From assembly GCA_963664305.2 (NCBI GenBank), contig CAXXLV010000002.1, positions 1,280,001 through 1,344,000 of the forward strand: DNA of 64,000 bases, read 5' to 3'. The notes under the pieces are model-generated. The model worked only from the letters and a program-made list of their open reading frames with translations, searched no databases and was not told the DNA's origin. Below are positions 40,655-51,341 of this stretch, piece by piece; the stretch's first letter is position 1; every line of letters starts with the position of its first letter. Made by a program: the position numbers and the translations under genes. This DNA is from an uncultured Aliarcobacter sp. Lineage in GTDB: Bacteria > Campylobacterota > Campylobacteria > Campylobacterales > Arcobacteraceae.

Positions 40655-40977
40655 AAAAAGCTTATACACTTTTAATAACTATTATTTTAGTTACACTTTT
40701 TTCTTATGTTAGTATTTTGATTTTAGAGACAAAAGCATTAAGAAATGTAAATTTATCTAATCAATATTTATATATTCAAGCAAAAAATCATATAAATTTT
40801 TTTAAATCTTATGTTAAAGATTTAGATTTAACAAATATAAACCATCTTCAAATAGAAGATGATTTATTTGATATTTATGCAAATATAATTCATGAAAATA
40901 AAACTCAAAAAATCAACTTTTATGTAAAAGCAAAAGATTATGATATTTCATTTCATGAAGAGGTTATTAAAGAATAA
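40651..40977 (+). CDS. Minor pseudopilin-like protein (no Glu+5)
   Basis: [11 protein letters not shown] followed by a hydrophobic helix. Confidence 0.6.
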   Translation: MKKAYTLLITIILVTLFSYVSILILETKALRNVNLSNQYLYIQAKNHINFFKSYVKDLDLTNINHLQIEDDLFDIYANIIHENKTQKINFYVKAKDYDISFHEEVIKE

Positions 40978-41566
40978 CGTCTAAAACTTTTTTTGCTAGA
41001 CTCAAAGCCTTACTTCTATGAGAAAATTCTTTTTTTACTTCATGTGGAAGTTCTCCTAAAGTCTTATCAAATCCATTAGGAATAAACATCGGGTCATAAC
41101 CAAAACCACCCTCACCTATCTCTTTATTTATAACATTTCCATGCATCCAACCATGAACAGTATAAACTTCATTTTTATAAACAATTGCTATACATGCTGT
41201 GTAAAAAGCTGGTGTTTTTTCAATATTTTTAGCATTTAAATTTTCTATTAATTTTGCGTTATTTGATTTATCCGTTGCATTAGCTCCTGAATAACGAGCA
41301 CTATAAACACCTGGTTCATTATTAAGTACAGGAACTGAAATTCCTGAATCATCTGAAATTACAACAACATCTTCATAACCTATTTTTTTAAGTTCATCAA
41401 ATATTGTTTGTGCTTTTTTTATTGCATTTCCTTTGAAAGTATCTTTATCTTCTTCTATTTCAAGAGGTCCTAAAATTTCACTGAAAGCTATTACTTCATC
41501 ATTTGGAAGAAGTTTTTGGAACTCTGCAATTTTACCTTTATTTGCTGATGCTAAAACTATTTTCAC
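40967..41566 (-). CDS. rdgB: dITP/XTP pyrophosphatase (RdgB/HAM1)
   Basis: [26 protein letters not shown]. Confidence 0.95.
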   Translation of the reverse strand: MKIVLASANKGKIAEFQKLLPNDEVIAFSEILGPLEIEEDKDTFKGNAIKKAQTIFDELKKIGYEDVVVISDDSGISVPVLNNEPGVYSARYSGANATDKSNNAKLIENLNAKNIEKTPAFYTACIAIVYKNEVYTVHGWMHGNVINKEIGEGGFGYDPMFIPNGFDKTLGELPHEVKKEFSHRSKALSLAKKVLDVIL

Positions 41567-41642
41567 AATTTTTCCTTTTAACCTATTATTAACTAATATT
41601 AACTATAATCTGCCCAAAATTATATTATGTTTAGGATTATAG

Positions 41643-42953
41643 ATGATTAAATCAGTTTTGCCTCTTAGTGCAATTATTGCTCTAAGATTTTTCGGTTTAT
41701 TTTTAGTTTTACCTATTATTTCAGTTTATGCTATAAATTTAGAAGGTGCAACACCAACACTTGTTGGTATTGTAATTGGTGGTTATGCATTAACTCAAAT
41801 GATTTTTCAAGTTCCATTTGGAGTAATAAGTGACAAATTAGGAAGAAAAGGTACGATTATTATGGGATTATTGCTTTTTGCAGTTGGTTCTTTAATCTGT
41901 GCTGTTTCTAATGATATTTACAGCTTATTATTTGGTAGATTACTTCAAGGTGCAGGTGCTATTGGAGCAGTTGTTACTGCAACAATTAGTGATTTAGTAA
42001 AAGAAGAACAAAGACCAAAAGCTATGGCTTTAATGGGTTCATCAATTGCTATTGCATTTGCAGTTTCTATGATTGCTGGTCCTACAATAGGGGCTGCATT
42101 TGGTGTTCACTCTTTATTTTATATTACAATGGTTATAGCTTTAGGTTCTATTTTTGTTTTAATCAAAATGGTTCCAAATCCTCCACATATAACTCACACT
42201 TATAATAAAAAAGCAAATTTAGGTGAAGTTTTAGGAAATACAAATTTGATTAAAATGAATATTACAAACTTTTTACAAAAAGGTTTAATGACATTTGCTT
42301 TTATGATTATTCCAATCACTTTAGTAAATCACTTTGAATGGACAATGGGTGAATTATGGAAAGTATATCTTCCAGCTATGATTTGTGGTGTTATTGCTAT
42401 GGGACCTGCTGCTGTTATTGCAGAGAAAAAAGGAAAATTTAAAGAGATATTAATCATCGGGATTATATTTTTTGCTATCTCTTATTTAGTAATTGGATTA
42501 AGTTCAAGTGCTGTTGTTTTTGTAGTAGGTGTTGTTATATTCTTTATTGGATTTAACATGCATGAACCAATTATGCAATCACTTGCTTCAAAATTTGCAA
42601 AAGTTCATCAAAGAGGTTTAGTTTTAGGAATCTTCAACTCTGCTGGTTATTTAGGAACATTCCTTGGTGGAATGATTGGAGGAATGTTTTATAAAAATGT
42701 AACTCTATCAACTTTAGTTATTACAATTGCGATTATTTGCGTTTTATGGGCTATTTTAATTTTCACTATGCCAAATCCTGCTAAAAAAAGATTTTTATAT
42801 CTTTCTTTAGATGAATATCATTTAGAAAATAGCAAAAATCTAAATAATCAAGCAATTGATGAATGGTATATCAACAATACTGAAAATATAATTGCAATTA
42901 AATATGATAATGAAAAAATAAGTGAAGAAGAGATAAAAAATCTTCTAAAATAA
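41643..42953 (+). CDS. MFS transporter (YajR-like)
   Basis: SDKLGRK motif A, GRLLQGAGA, 12 TMs plus small C-terminal domain. Confidence 0.9.
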   Translation: MIKSVLPLSAIIALRFFGLFLVLPIISVYAINLEGATPTLVGIVIGGYALTQMIFQVPFGVISDKLGRKGTIIMGLLLFAVGSLICAVSNDIYSLLFGRLLQGAGAIGAVVTATISDLVKEEQRPKAMALMGSSIAIAFAVSMIAGPTIGAAFGVHSLFYITMVIALGSIFVLIKMVPNPPHITHTYNKKANLGEVLGNTNLIKMNITNFLQKGLMTFAFMIIPITLVNHFEWTMGELWKVYLPAMICGVIAMGPAAVIAEKKGKFKEILIIGIIFFAISYLVIGLSSSAVVFVVGVVIFFIGFNMHEPIMQSLASKFAKVHQRGLVLGIFNSAGYLGTFLGGMIGGMFYKNVTLSTLVITIAIICVLWAILIFTMPNPAKKRFLYLSLDEYHLENSKNLNNQAIDEWYINNTENIIAIKYDNEKISEEEIKNLLK

Positions 42954-43010
42954 CTTCTTTAATTTTAATTAAATATTAGATAATATATGTAATAAAAAAA
43001 AGGAGATAAG

Positions 43011-43652
43011 ATGAAAAAAATGTTATTCATTTTAATTTTTCTTATCCCCTTTTTATCTCTATTTGTAACTGCCTCAAAAACATTCAATATTGACCCAGCT
43101 CAACTAGCTTCCATAGAAAATAAATATGGTTCAAGTGCTAAAAAAAGAGTTGAAATGTGGGACTCTATGATGGAAGCTTCTAAAGATGAATCTGTTTTAA
43201 ATAAACTTAAAAATGTTAATGATTTTTTTAATAGATTAACATATAAAACCGATTTAGCACACTGGAAGAAAAAAGATTATTGGGCTACACCTATTGAATT
43301 TATGGGAACTGGAGCTGGAGATTGTGAAGATTATGCAATTGCAAAATATTTTTCACTAATTAAACTAGGTGTTCCTGATGACAAGTTAAGAATTACCTAC
43401 GTTACTTATTCAAAAGCAAATAGTAAATTTGACCAAGCTCACATGGTTTTAACATATTATCATCAAGCTGGGGCAATTCCTGTAGTTTTAGATAATATTA
43501 ATCAAAGTTTACAACTTGCTACAAAAAGACCTGACTTAAAACCTGTTTATAGTTTTAATGCAACTGGATTATGGCAAGCACAAACAAAAGGTGAAAAACG
43601 AATTGGTGAGAATAATCTTAAATCTTGGAAAGATTTAATGAGTAGATTTTAA
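43011..43652 (+). CDS. lapG: LapG-type transglutaminase-like periplasmic cysteine protease
   Basis: DYWATP.E, GDCEDYAIAKY, AHMVL, VLDN; directly upstream of lapD. Confidence 0.88.
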   Translation: MKKMLFILIFLIPFLSLFVTASKTFNIDPAQLASIENKYGSSAKKRVEMWDSMMEASKDESVLNKLKNVNDFFNRLTYKTDLAHWKKKDYWATPIEFMGTGAGDCEDYAIAKYFSLIKLGVPDDKLRITYVTYSKANSKFDQAHMVLTYYHQAGAIPVVLDNINQSLQLATKRPDLKPVYSFNATGLWQAQTKGEKRIGENNLKSWKDLMSRF

Positions 43653-43666
43653 AAAAGGAAGAAAAA

Positions 43667-45895
43667 ATGTCTTTATCTAAACAGCTATATATAATCATAT
43701 CAATAATATTTTTTATGATTTTTACTGGTAATTTTATAATTAGTGTTAAAAATACTAAAGAGTATTTAGAAGTTGAATCTCAAACAAAAGCACAAGATAC
43801 TGCAACATCTTTGGGAATGAGTTTAAAAAATCTTTTAAAAGATAAAACAAATCCTGAAATTGAATCAGTAATTAATGCTATTGCAAATAGAGGTTTTTAT
43901 AAAGAAATCCGTTTAGAAGATGCTTTATTTACAATAAAAGAGAGTGATTTAATAAAAGCTTCAAAAGATTTAGACAATTCAATGTGGGAAATTTCTAATT
44001 TAACAATAGATGAAAAATTAGGAAAAATTGAAGTAAATACTTTAAGTGATGATTTTGAAAAAGAGTTATTGTCTTTAGAAAATCCAACAGAAGAAGTTGT
44101 AAAAAAACCTACAATAAAAAATCCAAGTGAAAATATTTATAACTTTATTCCTAGTGTAAAAACAGATGGAAAAATCACTTTAACTTTTAATTTTACAGCA
44201 ACTAACCAATTTGATAAAAAGATAGAAACAAGTGCAACCATAACTTTAAATAAAATATTAGTTCAAGTTAGTAGAGAGATAAGATTTGATTCTGTTCCAG
44301 AATGGTTTATACATTTAATCCCAATTGAACTTGATGAACAAGTAAGTGAAATAAGTAATGGTTGGCAAACAAGTGCTATTATTTATGTAAGTGCAAATCC
44401 TGGTGACGCTTACGACAAACTATATAGTCAAGCAAAAAGCGCAATTATTTATGCAATTATTGCTTTCATAATTTCAATTGTGATTTTATTTGTATTTGTT
44501 CAATATCTATTAAAACCATTAAAAAAACTTGAAAAATTAGCTCATAGTATTGCAAGTGGTAAATTTGGTAAAATCGATCATCTTCCTTGGACAACTGAGA
44601 TAAAAGCTGTTGCAATTGCATTTAATGACATGTCAACTAAAATTGAAAATATTATCAATAGATTAAATTCAACACTTGAAAATCTTACAAGAAAATTATC
44701 ACTTGATGAATTAACAGGATTAGCTTTAAAACAAAGTTTTGAAACAGATATGAAACATATGTTTATTCACAAATCAACTGGATACATTTTCGTAATCAAA
44801 ATATTTGATTTAGCATCTTTTGCAAAAGCTCATACAAATACAGAGGTAAACAACTTTATTAAAAAATTTGCAAAAGTTTTAGCAACTACAAAATTAAATG
44901 ATAAATCAAAAGTAACAGCTTATAGATTTTTTGGTTCAGAATTTGCTTTAATTGCGCAAAATTTCTCTTATGAAGATGCAGTAAATTTTACAAAATTACT
45001 GCAAAAAGGTTTTGAAGAAGTATCAACAGAATTTAATAAAAATGACATTGTTCATATTGGTGCAACTCCATTTAATCCAATTGGAACAACTCCTGAAATT
45101 TTACAAAGTGCAAATCAAGCCTATGAAAAAGCAACAGTAATTGGTCCAAATGAATTCTTTATAACTGATACTAATGAATTAGTAAAAGATATGGAAAGCT
45201 GGAGAGAGTTAATTTTTGATATTATTGATAATTCTAAGTTTGATGTAAATTATATTAGTGATTGTAAAAAACTTGATGAATCACATGATAATATCGTAAT
45301 GCAAGAGGCATTCACATCAATAAAAGATAAAGATAATAACAATATTCCTATTGGAACATTTGTTTCAATTGCCGAAAAATATGAAAAAATCGTTGATTTT
45401 GATAAAAAAGTTATCCAAAAAGTAATGAATTATATTTTAATCAATAATATAAAACATGATATTTCAATCAATCTATCTTTAGAGTCAATAAACAATACTG
45501 CATTTATTGCTTGGTTAGAGAAAAAATTAGTTGAAAATAAAAATATTGCTTCTCAACTTGTATTTAGTGCAACTGCTTATGCGGTTGCAAAAGATGTTGA
45601 TAAATTCAAATTCTTTGCAGATGAAATGCATCAATGTGGAGCAAAAATTATTATAAAAAGATTTGAAACTAAATTTATACCATTAAATAATATTAAAGAT
45701 TTTAATTTAGATTATATAAGATTGGCAAGAGATTATACAAGTGAAATATCAAATGATTATTCTAAACAAAGTTTTGTTGAATCAATCTCTGAATTAGCAA
45801 CTTTACTAAATATAAAACTATTAGCTGAAAATGTTCAAAAAGATGAAGATTTAGCATTTATAAAAAAACACAACTTATATGCTGCAAGTAGATAA
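43667..45895 (+). CDS. lapD: LapD-type c-di-GMP receptor
   Basis: MSL.KQL, AQDTATSLG, VPEWF, GW, HAMP, degenerate GGDEF (RFFGSEF) and EAL. Confidence 0.88.
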   Translation: MSLSKQLYIIISIIFFMIFTGNFIISVKNTKEYLEVESQTKAQDTATSLGMSLKNLLKDKTNPEIESVINAIANRGFYKEIRLEDALFTIKESDLIKASKDLDNSMWEISNLTIDEKLGKIEVNTLSDDFEKELLSLENPTEEVVKKPTIKNPSENIYNFIPSVKTDGKITLTFNFTATNQFDKKIETSATITLNKILVQVSREIRFDSVPEWFIHLIPIELDEQVSEISNGWQTSAIIYVSANPGDAYDKLYSQAKSAIIYAIIAFIISIVILFVFVQYLLKPLKKLEKLAHSIASGKFGKIDHLPWTTEIKAVAIAFNDMSTKIENIINRLNSTLENLTRKLSLDELTGLALKQSFETDMKHMFIHKSTGYIFVIKIFDLASFAKAHTNTEVNNFIKKFAKVLATTKLNDKSKVTAYRFFGSEFALIAQNFSYEDAVNFTKLLQKGFEEVSTEFNKNDIVHIGATPFNPIGTTPEILQSANQAYEKATVIGPNEFFITDTNELVKDMESWRELIFDIIDNSKFDVNYISDCKKLDESHDNIVMQEAFTSIKDKDNNNIPIGTFVSIAEKYEKIVDFDKKVIQKVMNYILINNIKHDISINLSLESINNTAFIAWLEKKLVENKNIASQLVFSATAYAVAKDVDKFKFFADEMHQCGAKIIIKRFETKFIPLNNIKDFNLDYIRLARDYTSEISNDYSKQSFVESISELATLLNIKLLAENVQKDEDLAFIKKHNLYAASR

Positions 45896-45908
45896 TTTCT
45901 ACTTGTAG
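45882..45908 (+). terminator. Hairpin after lapD
   Basis: CTGCAAGTAGA...TCTACTTGTAG. Confidence 0.55.
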
Positions 45909-45975
45909 TAACATGTATTAATTTATCATTTATACTTTTACACTATGATACTGTTTTTTATTTCTAAGGAATTTA

Positions 45976-48900
45976 ATGTTTGAAAAGATTTTAAGATTTT
46001 TTGTTGAAAATTCAAGAATAAATTATACTTTTTTTATTTTAGTTTTTGCTGTTGGGATTTGGTCTTATAGTAAAACACCAAAGGAAATTTTTCCTAGTTT
46101 TGATTTAGATATGATTTCAATCAAAGGTTCATATAGTGGAGCTAGTGTTGATATCTTAGATAAAATGGCTGTTTCTGAAATCGAAGATAAAATCAAAAAT
46201 TATGACTCAATTGATACTATGTCAACAATAATAAGCCCAGGAAAATTTACGATTGTTTTAGAACTAAAAAAAGGTTTTAACAAATATGTAGAAGCGGATA
46301 AATTAAAAGATGCAATTACTTTAATAAAAACAAATTTACCTTCTGATATGGATGAACCTTCGGTTAATACACTAGATAGAACTAGATCTTTAGTTGATAT
46401 TTCTGTTACATCTAAGAAATTCTCTGTTGATGAATTAAAACCTTTTGCAGATAATTTAAAAAGTAAACTTTTAACAATAAATGGAATAAATGAAATTACT
46501 GTCTTTGGGGATTCTGATAAATATTTTGAAGTATTACTTGATGAAAAAAAGATTGATGCATTAGGGTTAAATAAAAGTGATGTATTTACTGTTATTTCTA
46601 ACTTATCTTACATTTTTCCCATTGGAAAAATTGAAGACCCAAAAAAGCACTACTATGTTTCTACAAACAATGGAGCTAAAACAGCTTTAGAATTTGAAAA
46701 TACAAAAGTAAAAATTTCTGGAAAAACTCTTTATGTAAAAGATATTGCGATTATTTCAAAAAAATATGAAGACTCTTCAACTTTATACTCTTTCAACGGA
46801 GAAAATGCCTTATCTTTAGAAATAGTTCAAGCAGATACAGCAGATGCAATAAAAATAGTAAAAGAGATAAAAAAACTATTACCAAATATTCAAAAAAACA
46901 ATCCAGATATAAATATCTCAATTGCTGATGATAATAGTGAAAGAATTATTGATAGATTAAATGTTGTTTCTTCAAATATCTTTCTTGGAATAATTTTAAT
47001 TACAATTCTTGTAACTCTATTGATAAATGCAAGAATGTCATTTATTATTGGACTTGGAATTCCAACTTCATTTGTTATTGCTTCAATTTATATCTATTTT
47101 TCTGGATATACAATAAATATGATTTCACTTGTTGGTGTATTAATTGCAATTGGAATTGTTGTTGATGATGCGATTGTTGTTAGTGAAAATATCCAACAAC
47201 ATATAGAAGAAGGTTATTCACCAAAAGAAGCTGCAATTATGGGAGCAAAAGAGATGGTTGAACCAGTAACTGTTGCCTCACTTACAACTCTTTTTTCTTT
47301 TTTACCAATTTTAATGATAAGTGGAACAATGGGTGAAGTTATGAAATTAATTCCTATTGCATTAAGTGCTTTAGTTATTGCATCTTTAATTGAATCTTTT
47401 ATTTTCCTTCCAATACATGCTGCTCATACTTTAAAAAATGGCTCAAAGGTTACATCATGGGAAAAAGCAAATAAGATTTACAATAAAATCATTCATTTTT
47501 TCATGAATTGGAAAAAAACATTTATTACAATATTTATAATACTTGTTCCTTTTTTAACATTTGAATATATAAAAAGTTCTAGATTCCAAATGTTCCCACA
47601 GTTTGACTCAACAGATGTAAAAATAACTCTAAAAGCAAATGCAAATACTACACTTGAAGAAGCTTTTAAAATTGTAAGTTCAATTGAAGCTGACTTGTTA
47701 CAAAAAAGTGATGAATTTTATATTAGAAATATAAACTCAATTGCTGGATATAGAAAAGATGTAGGAAATAATACTGAAAATTTCCCATATGCTATGTATA
47801 TGACTGTTGAATTACAAAAACTAAAAGAGATGAATTTTTTAGATAAATATATTACCCCTAATTTAAGTTTATATTATGATAAAGAGGGAAGAACTAGAGA
47901 AGATACTTCTAATAATATTTCACAAAAATTAAAAGAATTTTTAAATCACCAAGATTATAAATCTAAATACAATCTTGATGAAATAGAAGTGCTTGAGAAA
48001 AAAGTTGGTCCTATAAAATCTGATATTCAAATAGGTATTGTAACTTCTGATAATCAAAAAGCTATAGCTTCTGTAGAAAAAATAGATGAAGCTTTAAAAA
48101 ATATAAAAGGTATTAAATCCTCTTCAAACTCATTAAAATTTGGAATTGATGAGATAAAAATAAAAGTAAATTCTTATGGAGAACAACTAGGACTTACTGA
48201 ATCATTTATAGGAAATTATCTTTCAAATTTATATTTACTAAAGAAAAAAGCTGTATCTTTTGATGAAGAAGAGATGCTTGATATAAAAATACAATCTCAA
48301 AATAAAGATGATTTTGAAAGTTTTAAAAACACAAAAATTCCATTATCAGATAATACAAATGTGAGTTTATATGAAGTTGTTGAGTTAAATACATTAAGAG
48401 CTTTTGAACAACTTCTAAAAGACAATGGAATTAAAAACTTTTATGTTTTTGCAAATGTAAATCCAGAAATTATAACGGCATCTGAAGTTCTAAAAAAACT
48501 ACAACCTACATTAGATGAGATTGAAGAAAAAGGGGTAAAAATAGTTTTAAAAGGTGAAGCAGAAAAAAATGCTGAATTAGGAAGAGATATGTTACTTGCA
48601 ACTGCTTTAGCCTTAATTCTGATTATGTTATCTATGCTTTATTTATTTAACTCTTTTAGAGAAACATTTATTGTAATGAGTGTTATTCCTTTTTCATTAT
48701 TAGGTGTTTTAATTGGTCATCAAATCATGGGACTAAATCTATCAATGCCTTCATTAATAGGTTCTTTAGGATTAGCAGGAGTTGTTATCAATGATGGAAT
48801 TATTATGATGACATATCTTAAAAAAGCAAAAACTTTAAATGAAATTTTTGAAAGAGCAACAAAAAGATTTAGACCTATTATAATTACATCTGTAACAACT

Positions 48901-49071
48901 TTAATAGGTATGTTATCTTTGATTTTATATCCAAGTGGAGAAGCTGTTATTTTCCAACCAATTGCTATTGCTTTAGGTTTTGGACTTGCTTGGGGAACTG
49001 TTTTAAATCTTATTTATCTACCTGTTTTATTTACTTTAACTCACAAACTAAGAAAAATGCCTAGAGAGTAA
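45976..49071 (+). CDS. RND efflux permease (AcrB family)
   Basis: GIVVDDAIVV.EN, GVVINDGI, RFRPI..TS.TT, 1031 aa. Confidence 0.93.
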   Translation: MFEKILRFFVENSRINYTFFILVFAVGIWSYSKTPKEIFPSFDLDMISIKGSYSGASVDILDKMAVSEIEDKIKNYDSIDTMSTIISPGKFTIVLELKKGFNKYVEADKLKDAITLIKTNLPSDMDEPSVNTLDRTRSLVDISVTSKKFSVDELKPFADNLKSKLLTINGINEITVFGDSDKYFEVLLDEKKIDALGLNKSDVFTVISNLSYIFPIGKIEDPKKHYYVSTNNGAKTALEFENTKVKISGKTLYVKDIAIISKKYEDSSTLYSFNGENALSLEIVQADTADAIKIVKEIKKLLPNIQKNNPDINISIADDNSERIIDRLNVVSSNIFLGIILITILVTLLINARMSFIIGLGIPTSFVIASIYIYFSGYTINMISLVGVLIAIGIVVDDAIVVSENIQQHIEEGYSPKEAAIMGAKEMVEPVTVASLTTLFSFLPILMISGTMGEVMKLIPIALSALVIASLIESFIFLPIHAAHTLKNGSKVTSWEKANKIYNKIIHFFMNWKKTFITIFIILVPFLTFEYIKSSRFQMFPQFDSTDVKITLKANANTTLEEAFKIVSSIEADLLQKSDEFYIRNINSIAGYRKDVGNNTENFPYAMYMTVELQKLKEMNFLDKYITPNLSLYYDKEGRTREDTSNNISQKLKEFLNHQDYKSKYNLDEIEVLEKKVGPIKSDIQIGIVTSDNQKAIASVEKIDEALKNIKGIKSSSNSLKFGIDEIKIKVNSYGEQLGLTESFIGNYLSNLYLLKKKAVSFDEEEMLDIKIQSQNKDDFESFKNTKIPLSDNTNVSLYEVVELNTLRAFEQLLKDNGIKNFYVFANVNPEIITASEVLKKLQPTLDEIEEKGVKIVLKGEAEKNAELGRDMLLATALALILIMLSMLYLFNSFRETFIVMSVIPFSLLGVLIGHQIMGLNLSMPSLIGSLGLAGVVINDGIIMMTYLKKAKTLNEIFERATKRFRPIIITSVTTLIGMLSLILYPSGEAVIFQPIAIALGFGLAWGTVLNLIYLPVLFTLTHKLRKMPRE

Positions 49072-49082
49072 AATCTTTAGGC
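49059..49082. terminator. Hairpin between convergent genes
   Basis: GCCTAGAGA...TCTTTAGGC. Confidence 0.5.
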
Positions 49083-49843
49083 TAAATTATAAAAATAAAA
49101 CTTTTTAAAGCTGTTAAACTCATTTCATAAGGTTCAACATTTATTTTTCTAAGTGTATGTTCTACATTTGTAATCATTTTAGAAAAAACAATCTCATAAG
49201 AAAAATTTGATGGGTCTAAAACACTTTCTCGATTTGCTTTTATATAAAGTAAATCATTTATGATATTGTAATCACCTTGATATTTCTTCTCAAATTCTAA
49301 CTGCCAATTATTTTGCCAAGTATTAAATAAATAATCTCCATATTCATCTTTTGCAGTTCTTATTTTCCAACGTGCAACTTGTAGATATTCATAAAGTTTT
49401 TTCATCTCTTCTTGATCATATGAAATTGCAGAAAATTGATGATTTTCATCCATCATAAAAGCTTTGTGAATCATCTTATATAAACCTAAAATCAGAAGGT
49501 CATTTCGATTTTCAATCTTTTTTGGAGAAAATGCATAATAAAAATATTCATTTGATTTTTCTAAAACTTGCCCATTTTGAACTAAATTTATAAAATTTTT
49601 TTTCGTTATTATTTCTTGAACAATACTACTTTGAAGATTTTTATTATAAGCATTTGGATTTCGTAAATCCAACTTCTTTTTATATCGAATTAAATCTTTT
49701 AATATCTCTTCTTTAAACTCATCTACTTGCGTTGCAGCGTTGGTTTGAGCTACACTTTTTATAGAGCTTTGGTCTAAAGTACAAGCCTGAATGAAAAAAG
49801 ATAAACTTAATAAAAAAATAACTTGAACCTTATTTATTTTCAT
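49082..49843 (-). CDS. Hypothetical lipoprotein
   Basis: Lipobox IQAC, 253 aa. Confidence 0.7.
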   Translation of the reverse strand: MKINKVQVIFLLSLSFFIQACTLDQSSIKSVAQTNAATQVDEFKEEILKDLIRYKKKLDLRNPNAYNKNLQSSIVQEIITKKNFINLVQNGQVLEKSNEYFYYAFSPKKIENRNDLLILGLYKMIHKAFMMDENHQFSAISYDQEEMKKLYEYLQVARWKIRTAKDEYGDYLFNTWQNNWQLEFEKKYQGDYNIINDLLYIKANRESVLDPSNFSYEIVFSKMITNVEHTLRKINVEPYEMSLTALKSFIFII

Positions 49844-49948
49844 AAATTTCCTTTTTATTTTATTATATAAAAAAATTTATTATTTGCAAAGCCTATTTGA
49901 TATTTTATTTTTAATACTATATAGTTCAGAAAAAAAATAAGGGATAAT

Positions 49949-50371
49949 ATGCCAATAGAGATTAACCAAACAGTTAAAATTATGTTTGAAGTGAGAGTTG
50001 ATGGTGTTTTAGTAGATGGAAGTAGAAGTAATAAACCATTTGAATTTCAATTTGGAGTAGGACAAGTAATTGCAGGACTTGAAAAAAGAATTATAAATAT
50101 GAAAGCAGGAGAAGCTGCTGATATTTTAGTTCCAGCTGCTGAAGCTTATGGAGAATATGACCCCTCAGGAGTTCAAACACTTCCTGTAGAACAATTTGTA
50201 GGAATTGATGATTTAAAAGTTGGTATGCAAATTCAAGCTCAAGATGAAAATGACCAACCAATTCAATTTATTGTAAAAGAAATTGGAGAAAAAGAAGTAA
50301 CAGTTGATTTTAATCATCCACTAGCTGGAAAAGATTTAGAATATAAAATAAAAATTGACTCACTTCTATAA
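49949..50371 (+). CDS. slyD: FKBP-type peptidyl-prolyl isomerase SlyD-like (no His-rich tail)
   Basis: G.GQ.I.GLE, EAYG, VDFNHPLAGK.L. Confidence 0.85.
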   Translation: MPIEINQTVKIMFEVRVDGVLVDGSRSNKPFEFQFGVGQVIAGLEKRIINMKAGEAADILVPAAEAYGEYDPSGVQTLPVEQFVGIDDLKVGMQIQAQDENDQPIQFIVKEIGEKEVTVDFNHPLAGKDLEYKIKIDSLL

Positions 50372-50400
50372 AATAAAAAGATTTAATCTTTTTATTTTAT
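50368..50400. terminator. Bidirectional AT-rich hairpin
   Basis: ATAAAATAAAAAGATT-t-AATCTTTTTATTTTAT between convergent genes. Confidence 0.6.
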
Positions 50401-50404
50401 TACA

Positions 50405-50602
50405 TTACTGTAATATTTCCTGAACTCTTCCAACTTGCCCATCTTGAAGACGCACTTTTATTCCATGTGGATGTGTAGGTGAATTTGTAAGTATATTTTT
50501 TACAATCCCACTTGTAAATTTTCCTGTTCTTTGGTCTTCTTTTAGCACAATATTTACTTTTAGACCTGCTTTTATATTTATTCTTTTTTTAGCATCAAGC
50601 AT
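50405..50602 (-). CDS. YwbE/DUF2196 family protein
   Basis: LK.DQRTG, HPHGIKVRL.DGQVGRV. Confidence 0.88.
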   Translation of the reverse strand: MLDAKKRINIKAGLKVNIVLKEDQRTGKFTSGIVKNILTNSPTHPHGIKVRLQDGQVGRVQEILQ

Positions 50603-50732
50603 TTTTTTCCTTAGTTAAAGATAATCTATTGTACTAGATTTAGAACATATACACAAGGAAATGTAGATTAAAATAACAAGTTTTTTAGTCAAAATATCTT
50701 AATATAATTTCAAAATATAATATGGATAATAA

Positions 50733-51329
50733 ATGCCAAAAATAGTTAATTCTAGTGAAAAAATTGATTTTATATGTGAAAAAGCCTATGAAGAATTTAT
50801 AAACAATGGAGTAAACAATTTTTCTTTAAATAAATTTATTGAATCTTTAAATATGTCAAAAGGGCAGTTTTATCATTATTTCAAAACTAAAGAAGAGTTA
50901 ATTTTTGAAGTAATTGATAAAAAAAGTGAAAAGTTTTTTATCGATACAGAAAAAAAGATAAATGAAGTTCAAACATTTTCGCAAAAACTTTTAGCTCTTT
51001 TTTCTTTTTATTTAGTTCTATCAGACCCTGAAAATAAATCTTTTGATAAATTGATGAAAGATACGTTTTATATGTATTTGAATATTGAAAATGAATTTAT
51101 AAAACAGAAAAATGCCGAGTGTTACAATTATTTATTTAGTGCTACAAATGAAATCTTTGATGAAATGATTGCTAAAAAATTTTTACAAGAAAATGCTAAA
51201 AAATTCATTCCAAGTTTAATCGCAACTGCTGATGGTATGTATTTACAATCTATCACTTTAGAAAATTACAATCTAAAAGAAAATCTAGTTGATTATATTA
51301 AAATGTTAGAAGATTTATTAAAAAAATAA
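50733..51329 (+). CDS. TetR/AcrR family regulator
   Basis: SKGQFYHYFKTKEEL HTH. Confidence 0.9.
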   Translation: MPKIVNSSEKIDFICEKAYEEFINNGVNNFSLNKFIESLNMSKGQFYHYFKTKEELIFEVIDKKSEKFFIDTEKKINEVQTFSQKLLALFSFYLVLSDPENKSFDKLMKDTFYMYLNIENEFIKQKNAECYNYLFSATNEIFDEMIAKKFLQENAKKFIPSLIATADGMYLQSITLENYNLKENLVDYIKMLEDLLKK

Positions 51330-51341
51330 GAAAGAAAAGAT

